Source: Lama glama
Lineage: Eukaryota
DNA length: 64,000 nucleotides
Assembly (NCBI GenBank): GCA_028534125.1
Contig: CM052817.1
Coordinates: 52,888,001 to 52,952,000, forward strand
Reading direction: 5' to 3'
How positions within the stretch are numbered: the stretch's first letter is position 1; the number at the start of each line of letters is the position of its first letter. Below the pieces are notes generated by a model. That model was not told the origin of the DNA. It worked only from the letters and a program-made list of their open reading frames with translations, and ran no database searches. Below, one piece after another: positions 54,440 through 64,000 of the stretch. A program made the translations under genes and the position numbers.

Positions 54440-56180
54440 GTAGTATAAAATGTTAGTCAACAAAAGTCAATTGCTTTCTCATAGTCCAGCAATTGGAAAA
54501 TAAAATACAATAACATTATATAAGCACCCCAAATAAGAAATTTTAGATCTAAATCTTATAACATCTTTATATGATCTACATGAGAAAAGAATGTAAAACT
54601 CTAATGATGAAATTTTAAAAGGATCTAAATAATTGGAGAGATATTTTGTGTATATGGATAGAGAGACTCAATATTATCACAAAGTAAGTTCTTTCTAACT
54701 TTATCAAGAGGCAGAATAGACAAAATAGTATTCAAGGAGTAGAGCAAAATTGGAGGACTTAGACTCCCTGCCTTCAAGACTTAGTATAAAACTATAGTAA
54801 TCAAGACACTGGTATTAATGAAACAAAATACTAATAGGTCAGTGAAACAGAATAGAGAACCCTAAATAGACCTGCATGAAGAGAATCAACAAAGGCAAAA
54901 CAGTGGAGAAAGGATGATCATTTCATCAAATGAAAACCTGGACATTCACATGCAAAAAACTTTTTTTAAATGCATCTAGACGCAGACTTTACACTCTTCA
55001 CAAAAATTAACTCAAATGGATTATAGACCTAAATATAAAATGCAAAACTATAAAATTCCTAGAAGACAACATAGAAGAAAATCTAGATGTCAGTGGATTT
55101 GACTATGAGTTCTTGATCAATACCAAAAACATGATATGTGAAATTACAATTGTTAATTTGTGCTTTGTTAAAATTAAAATATTCTGTCGTGATATTTTCA
55201 AGAGACATATTTGACAAAGGACTGTTGTGAAACATATGAAGAACTATTAAAACAGTAAGAAAACAAACACCTAATTTATAAAAGGTTAATATATCTCAAT
55301 AGGCATCTCACAGCAGAAAATTTCAAGATGACAAACAAACATATAAAGAGATGTTCCACATCATATGTTACCAGCAAAATGAAAATTGAAACAATGAGAT
55401 ACGACTACACACATATTAGAATAGGTAAAATCCAACTATGAATGAGGACATGGAACAACAGGAATGCTCATCGGCTGCTGGTGGGGACACAAAATGGTAC
55501 AATCACTTTGGAAGACAGTTTAGTGGTTTCTTCCAAAGCTAAACATTCGCTTACCATGTGATCCAGCAATTATGCTCCTACATATTTACCCAAATGAGTA
55601 GAAAACATATTTTCACAAAATCCCACACATGAATGTTTGTAGCAGTTTTACTCATAATTACCAAAACTTGCAACTAGCCAACATGTTCTTCAGTAGGTTA
55701 ATGAATACACACATTGTGGTTTATCCATCCAATGGAATATTATTCAGTGCTAAAATATGTGGATTATAAAAATATGAATAAACATGGGGGAAACTTAAAT
55801 GCATATTGCTAAGTGAAAAAAAGCCCATCTGAAAAGGCTACATATTGTGAGATTCCCACTATGTAGCATTCTAGAAAAGGCAAAACTATGGAGCTACTTA
55901 CAAGATCTGTATGTAGTGTGAGGAGTTCAAGCAGAGGATAGGATGAATAAGTGGAGCACTGTAAATTTTAGTAAAGTGAAATGATTGTGGTGATACGCTA
56001 GTGGTGGATAATATCATTATCCATTTGTTCAAATCAAAGACTGTACAACACAAGGAATGAACTGTAAAGTAAACTATTAACCTTAATTAATAATAATGTA
56101 TGAATAGTGGCTCATTACTTGCAGCAAGTATACCACTGTAATTCCAGATGCTAGTAATGGGGGAAATCGGTGCGGGGAAC
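54440..56180 (+). mobile_element. L1MC-type ORF2 3' part and 3'UTR, decayed
   Basis: ataaaactatagtaatcaagacac; cacaaaaattaactcaaatggattatagacctaaat; actttggaagacagttt; atccagcaattatgctccta; ctgtacaacacaa. Confidence 0.9.
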
Positions 56181-56399
56181 ATTTTTTTCTCCCTATTTCA
56201 TTACATTATGAGTTTGTCTAACATCATGCCAAAATCATACTGCTGAAATTACTGTACTTTTAAAATGCTTGCTATCTAATAAGTTAAGCCTTTCAATTTT
56301 CAACCTTTCAGAGTGTTTTGTTATTCTTATCCATTTGTACTTTCATATTAATTTTTTTAGCAGCACGTCATTTAACCCAATATACTTTGTTTAACCTGC

Positions 56400-56830
56400 C
56401 TGTGTGTGCTATCCAGTCATTTAGCCTTAATTGCAAAACACTAAATATCACCCTAAATAAAACCCCAAATCCTTGCCATGGTCTGCAAGGTTGTACATGA
56501 TCTGTTAGCATCATTCCAACCTTTATTTGGTTTCTTACTGCCTTTTCCTTCTTCTCCTTGGTTCAGGCACCTTGACTTCCTCTCTTTTCTTCAAACACAT
56601 GAACCCCAGTATGCTTTATGGTCTTTCTGTTTGCTGAACACTCTGTTCTGCTATTCTACCAGGTTTCCACTTGTCTAGCTTCTTCATTCCGCCGCTGTAC
56701 ACAAATTGTATATTCCAAACAAAGCCTTCCCTAAGTATTATTAAAACTCAGTCCCTCACAATCCTTATGCTTTTCTCTACTTCATTTTTTCCTATTCTTA
56801 TTGTCAAATAATATCTACGTTCTTAAAAAT
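56400..56830 (+). mobile_element. L2 fragment
   Basis: aataaaaccccaaatccttgccatggtctgcaagg...aagccttccctaa. Confidence 0.6.
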
Positions 56831-58239
56831 AAAGTACTTCCAAAGTATTCATTATAAATCACTCAAATGATTGTCTTCTTTTTGGTGTTCTTGAGTTCCA
56901 GAATTATATATCTCATGTTTTGTGTGTTCAATGAAAATGTCTTATCAAGCCTTAAAAATCCTCTTAATCTGGATTTGTATGTTTGTCCGATTTTATTTAA
57001 GCTGAAAGTTGCCACACTATCTTCATTACTGTCAAATTAGCCTTCTGTTATTAATTAGAATATTGAACAGCTATGAAAACAACAGAAATATAGATTTATA
57101 TTTAGTGATGAATAAATTTATCCAAAGTGTAGTAAGTCAGTAATTCATGTATCAGGGTAATATATATTTAAAAACATGGTTTTCTAAAAACAAAAGAATG
57201 ACTGTACATATGCTTCTATAAAATGTATAGTTTAACTCTTAAAACTTGGACTTTTTGATGCAATTTTTATACCTTTAATGGGTTTGCTTTTTCACTATGT
57301 GCATAGAATAATTTTACAATATGATTAACTATTACAGAAAATAAATAGAGAAAAACTATTTCTCATCAGGCAGTTTAATGAGAGGAGAGACATTTTTATA
57401 CTGCAGGTTATTGAAGTTCCACATAAATAAGGTGGCTTTCCCAATTACCAAAATTTCTTTATCATGAGAAAACCTATTAAATTGTCATCATTTAGTATAA
57501 GGTGGTATCCTATTTCTGAATGCAGTGTATTTTCCTCATTTCAGAATGAATCTTTATAAAATTTTATAAAGATTAGAATAATCATTAGTATGGAAAAGTG
57601 TCTAACCTAGCATAATATGTGGAATTACAAGTGCTAAAGCTTCAGTATGTTATACAGAAATTGAAATTATAAACATAGCACCATTCATGGAACTCTCCCA
57701 CCAGAAAAGATTAATATCAATAATGCTTCTACTTTAAACATCATCAGTATGTGTAAGATTAATCATGTTTCAGCAAGATGTATTATTAGAATGTTTGATA
57801 CATATTAATGTCCTCACAGTTGTGGTTCTTTATCTTCATATTCAAAAGTTGTCACCATCTTAGCATTAGTAATGTGCCAAGTCAGTGCTCTACAAAGTCT
57901 CCAATTATGCACAATGGAACTATTTTTTAATGCGGGACATACATCTTAAACTTATATTATTTGCTCTTATGTAACACTTGAAATGCTTTCCCAAAAATTG
58001 ATCAGTGTTAAAAATCTGATTTTTTTATCTTTCATAACACGAAAATCTCAAGAAAAGCAGAGACATTAGCAAGACTAAAAATATCACTCCTTGTTTTACT
58101 CATGAAGATGATAATATATTGAATCTGTCCATATCTGAAGTTACCTTTAAAATTTAAATATAAAATCACTGGGTTGTCTAATCACATACACATAAAAGTA
58201 AAACTTTATTCTAATCTCTTCACGTTTTTCATTTCTTCA

Positions 58240-58900
58240 ATTATCATTTAATACTGAAATTTCCACACATACTTATTTCCAAGCCAGACCACACTTTTGA
58301 ACTTCAGATCTGTATAACTACTACATAACTGAATTCTCCAGTTGAATGTCTTTTTGATACCTCAAACAAATGTCCCCAAAGGAGAGAACTTGTAATACTT
58401 GTAATCTAGAACTATTGTTCTTCTAGTCCTCCCATTGTAAATCAATGTCATTACCACACAGTATTTTTGCTCAGACTAGAAATCAAAAGATTTGCTCCAA
58501 ACAACTTTTTCATAAACTTTACATCGTATAAATTAACAGTTCACAAATTGAGCTTCTCCTTAAATTACTCTTGAATCATTCACTTTTTTCCCTTGCTAAC
58601 TATTACCACCATACCAAGATTGCATCTTTTCTTTGTCAAAAAAAAAAAAATTACCAGTCTGCCCACATCAATTCTTCCTTATCTTTATCATTGCAATGAG
58701 AATAATCTCTCAAAAAATACAGAACTTTTCTTTCAACCTCTTTGCTTAAGACCCTATAGGGACTGCATGTTGCTCATAGTAGATACTTCAAAATTCTTAA
58801 ACAACCCTACAGGATTTTACTTACCTTTACAGTCATACCTACCAGTCTTGCATTTTTATTATTTATTTATTTTTTTGGCACTTTCAGTTTTGAATATTGA
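58240..58900 (+). mobile_element. L2 fragment
   Basis: atttccaagccagacc...tgaacttcagatctgtataact...ctccagttgaatgtc...acctcaaac. Confidence 0.6.
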
Positions 58901-61900
58901 TCTGAGCTCAGTTCTTTAGTAAATTCCTACATAACTTTTCTTTTAACTATCTCCTAAATTAATATAAACTAAACACTCTATTTTGTATCATTCCAGTTTT
59001 CTTCCCTTTACTGGTTCTATTTTCTGTCACTATTTCAACTATTTTTCATGTCATTGAAGCCATTTATTTTTTGTCTCATTCCTCCACTTTATATTAATAT
59101 CAAATCAGTTTTATTTTTATTTAGTTATCTTACCTCAAAACATTAGTAATGCCTTTCAACTTATTTTCAGTCCCAGTGCTACAACTGTTATTTAGTTTCC
59201 ATCATTTTGCTGTTTTAAACCAATAACCATATTCCTATCCTTCTGTCATTTCTCCATACTTCATTGATGCAAGGCATTATCCCAGATGATGGAAATAAAT
59301 AATTAATGAGGTTGGTCCATGTCTAAAGAAGTTTATATTCAAATCAAGGAGTCGAAGAAGTGGATGAATAAATAAACAAATCATGAACTATTACACACTA
59401 TTACCAAACTAAATATTATCAAACTAAACATCATGTAATACAATGCATAGGACTCTTAGAAAATTCTCATTCTTTTAGGCATTTAGTAAGTTTTATATAT
59501 ATGCACATTCACATATATAGATACATTTCACTGTGCAAATGGTTTACCTGTATTATCTTACTGAATTCTTCCCTGGAATATTCTTTATTTTTTATTATTA
59601 CTTTAATTTTGTAGTGGACATAAACAAGATTCAAAAAGATGACATGATTTTTAAAGGACCTATAGCTAGTGACATGTTGATGACATACATGGATATGGAT
59701 CTAGGTAATTTCTCTGGTCTGGAGAAGCATGTTTTCTAACACTCTGTTAATCATAGTGCCCTTCCGTATCCTTTCTACATTTTTTAATTGATTTAACCCT
59801 AAAAATATGGAACATTTAATTTGTATTTGATTTATATTTCCAAGTGTTATTTACTGCTTTTATTATTATCATTATCATTATTGTTTTGGTGAGATAAGAG
59901 GTTTATTTACTGGACTCTCTTTGCAGTAGTTATTACCAAGATAGAAGTAAGGAGAACGTAAATACAGGATATAAAATTATAATTGAATGATATGAAAATA
60001 TGTTTAAAAAACCTAAAAGTTATTCTTATTGTAATTTTCTAATAAGGGTATTTATTATTTATACAAAGGTAGTATAAGTAACTTTTTTTTAAAATGAAGT
60101 GTAGGAAAAATAGGAATTGGAGCAAAGTGATGTTTCTTAAACAAATAAAGGCATATCAGCAAGGATGGAGTTAAATTTACAAGAAAAATATCACAACAAC
60201 AAATCAATAACTAACATAACAGCATGAGTGGTAAAGTAAATTGATAAAACATTAAATATAGTATATTTGTTCCTCTCGGTCTCCACTCAGGTTGAAGATC
60301 TCAGATTCTTGTTAACTTGTGTTTCTGATGGGGTCAGGAATGGAGGGGAGGTGGTTGGGCTGAGCATGGGGAATACATCGAGCACTTTATTTTTTGTTGT
60401 TAACATTGTTTTAGCTTGAATTTCTTACCATGTTTCTGAAATAACTACTAAAAATAATATTCATGCTCTAAGAGGATCCCTACATAAACTACTAATGCTT
60501 TACGTGTAGATAAATTATTTTTGAAAAACACTGATATTGGTTCATACATCAAAAGATAGACCATGGAAAATAAAGTTTGTTTTTTTTCTTTTTTAATGAA
60601 AATATAAGAAGAAACATAGTGCTGACCTATGTCTACCTGTAATTTGCAGGAACTTTCTTGGGTAGCATCACCTTTATTAAAACTGTCATTTAGAAGATAA
60701 AATACAATAAAAAATTTAATATGAATCTGTAAAAACTGTTAAATGTGATACATACATGTATTTATCTTTGAGATAGATAATGAAATGGAGAGTTTATAAT
60801 GTAATTTCATTTTGTTATTAGATCTAAGTATTACCATATATTGAAAAAAACTATATATTTCTTTAATGACTTATTCTTAATAGTTTTTCAAAATACTTAA
60901 TTTTCTACCAGTTACTTCATTTTCTTCTGTGTAGTTTAGCCTTATGATATTACAATATAGACAAAATCCAACTCAGTTAATCTCTCTCACTCTTTTCCTA
61001 CATCCTTTTTGTTTCCAAGTCATGTACAATTTAACATTTGTAGTTATTTTTGTTTTTTGTTTGTTTTTCTCCAACTGCTTCTTCCTTCAATTCTAGCAGT
61101 ATGCATTTGATTTTAGGTCTCTATTTTCATCCCTAGACATTTGCATTTCTGTATCATCTGACTTCCTTATTTCTCAATTTTTTGTTTAATTTGCATAGCT
61201 CTGAGTGTTATACATAATGGCTAAAAAAGACTAATTTTTCTTTCTAGATATGCAGTGCTTACTTGCTATATGTGTGATGCCACAAAAACACTCAGTGTCC
61301 CACCTTTTGTTGTCATTAGCTTTTTCTATCTGGCTTTGAGGAATTTAATCCATCTTCAATCTTGATTTCATGTACCTCATAAAGTTCATTTCTAGTGTCA
61401 TTGCATAAATCTGTATATGAATATGTGCAAAAAAAGGAAAAGACAAGGAGAAAATAGAATGGCAATAATCGACACTTTGGATTATGTATATCAATTGTCT
61501 TATTTTTTGCATATTTCTTAAATAAGATATTTTAATATATTTAACACTATCATTTCTATAATATAATTTACGGAAGAAGTAATAAGAATTAACTTAGTCA
61601 TGTGACCTTGCTTAAAATTATTAGAATATAATAGCTAACACAGTGTTAGTTCATTTTTAGAAAGTAAATGAATAATAAAAGATTGCTCAGAGCTACATAG
61701 TATAAGGCTTTGAGTACACTTTCTGAAAATTCAGCCGAATAATTAGACTAGGAAATAATTTTATTGAAAAAAGTTTTTGTCTCCAGAATAGTCCATCTGA
61801 GTTTGAATACATTACTAATAATCATCCTTAATAACGGTAATAAATCATTTTTCAGTGCTATTGCCCTTGCCAACCACCAAGCTGTTTCCCAACAAATTCA

Positions 61901-63259
61901 TTTAGCAGCCATGTTAATTTGATTGTATTATTTGATTATTATTTGATTTTATTCTGATTATTAAGATGAAGAACATAAAGCTCAAAGACATAAAATTACC
62001 TCTTTTAAGTTGAGTAGCACATAATTTATTCAGAAGGCATTTGAAACCATGTCTTTCTGATTCAAAAATCTATGTTATGAGAACTGGGTGTTTAACATAT
62101 TATTATATTCTATAAAAATTGTTGTTGGTTTTGAGGGAACTATTATCAGATGTATTAAGTAACATTAAAATTAAATTAAGGATGGTTATGTAGTAGGTAA
62201 GAAAAGTTATTAATTAAGCAATTATGATTATTTAAAATGTAAGAATTTTTCTCTAAAGTCACCATACATTTTAATGTATTGAATTGGTATGCCTTTAAAG
62301 ACTTTAGCATCTATTTTTAAATATGGTATATTATTTTTCTAGACTATTGTTTGTTAAAATTATATATGATAAAAATCCAGTCCATGTTTATAGTACTGTG
62401 TCAAATCTTTTAGGCCAAAATTAACTTAGGAGAGCCTTATTTCTAGCACCATCTTTTGATGATATTATATTATTCAGATGTTACATTAACTTTATCAAGA
62501 TGATTCCTTAACTGTATAAACTCACTCCCAACTAAAGGAGGAAGACATTGCCTTGGATAGTCGAAGTGATGTTATAATTAGAAGATATACCATTATCTAG
62601 ATTTCTCAGGTCTACATTATTATAATTCAAAACATTCTGCATAAATCATCTTGCTTAGCAATGTTGATGAATGAGAAGTCAGAGTGGCTTCAGTGTCTGT
62701 ACAAAGCACATGCTTCATGCTTTTTCAGTAAGCATATTTTCATCAATTATTCAGTTCTAAAGATACATGGCAGCAAAAGTGAGTTTATGACAATTATTTG
62801 TATCTGTTTCAGTCATATTTTAACATATTTTAACTAAGATAATTGCTTCACATAAGGAAAGGAAAATCCTGAAAATATATGTGGATAAAAAATAGTATTG
62901 ATTCCCATGGCAGAAGTTCCATGTTTAGTTTTTCAAGCAAAAAATATAGTTTGTGAATTTTAATACAATATATATTCTATAAAATACTCTGATAATACTC
63001 TCAATATTGAGTTTTTAGGGCCTATATCTTGATTAACTGATCATTCTGTTTTTCTTGTTTATACTCTTTTGAGCAGATACTCAAAGCCAAATGACATAAC
63101 AGCTCAAAATTTAGAACACTCAAAAAATTCATACACATGTAGTATTTTAGTGTGTGGTACAAACTTGAAAATATATTCATATTTGTGTATTTACATATGT
63201 ATATGTACACATTACACAAACATACAGGTGTATATATATTTTCATATGCCTGTGTATAC

Positions 63260-63283
63260 GTGTGTGTGTGTGTGTGTGTGTGT
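63260..63283. repeat. (GT)12 microsatellite
   Basis: Direct reading. Confidence 0.95.
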
Positions 63284-64000
63284 ATATATTTGCAGCTGAC
63301 TCTCAGTATGTTTCAATCAGTGTTATAAGTTATAGCTTCCATAGATATTATATCATTTAGTTTTTCTAGTGGATTTAATTGAGGGAGATGATAAAATAGA
63401 TTCTATTTAGTCAGTATCCTGACTGTCTCAATTTAGAAAACACGTTTTCTACTTACTCCCAGATTATCATAACAGTTTTACTAAGAAAAATGTTTCTCTT
63501 CTGTAGAGTAAGAATAGAATTAGGTTACTTTTTCCCATAACTCCTTTTGAATTTTATATTTACATTTTTTTCTAAATTATTATATGTTTATTGTTGTGCT
63601 ATGAGGCACAAAATATATATTATGATCAGTTTGCCTTGTGAGGCATTCTTTCATTTATATATTCATTTAAACATGAAGTTAACATTTCATGTAAGTTTAA
63701 TTTTCATACTTAGAAAATATCTGTCCAAAAGAAGAAGGAAAATGTTGACGTGTCAGGAGGGAATGTTAGGTAGAGGCAGTTTTACATCGAGTTTTGTGAG
63801 TACATTTTTGTTGCAAATTATATCAAAATGTGCAGGATCCACTCATCACACAAATGGACCATTTTCTCACACATAATGGGACCAGAGTATTGATTTATTG
63901 TTAGTGTATATCAGAATTTGCCTTGATTACTACGTATCTCTCAGTGTAGCACAACTCATCCTTCTGGGTTTGAAGTGTAAGCTGTAACATTTTTATTGGA

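Noticed and set aside
1..64000. CRISPR arrays, operons, rRNA or other prokaryotic systems
   Set aside because: The sequence is mammalian, repeat-rich DNA. I saw no regularly spaced repeat-spacer array, dense coding region or rRNA-like sequence.

Overview
AT-rich, repeat-dense mammalian genomic DNA with a 500-N assembly gap at 6849-7348. It is most likely camelid, inferred from tRNA-derived SINEs resembling Vic-1 and artiodactyl-type L1 3' ends. I recognise no intact protein-coding gene; nearly all ORFs in the track are chance ORFs or L1 remnants. The firmest call is a BOLA3 processed pseudogene (36971-37698) with a perfect 15-bp target-site duplication (TSD). Other features are a small CpG-rich, apparently bidirectional promoter (~7890-8255), solo LTRs, ERVL pol remnants, many L1/L2/MIR fragments, MER3 and MER58A DNA transposons, four SINEs and microsatellites. 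Four observations stand out. (1) The BOLA3 retrocopy carries an extra 217-nt, L2-containing, frameshifting block at the exon1/exon2 junction, suggesting a fossil alternative isoform. (2) Two SINEs are fused head-to-head inside one apparent TSD with L1-endonuclease sites at both ends. (3) A 1.6-kb insert splitting an MLT2 LTR looks like a retrocopy of an unspliced exon1+intron1 transcript. (4) The promoter has divergent splice donors and candidate non-coding exons. Repeat family names come from recalled consensus sequences, not a database search, and most repeat boundaries are approximate.
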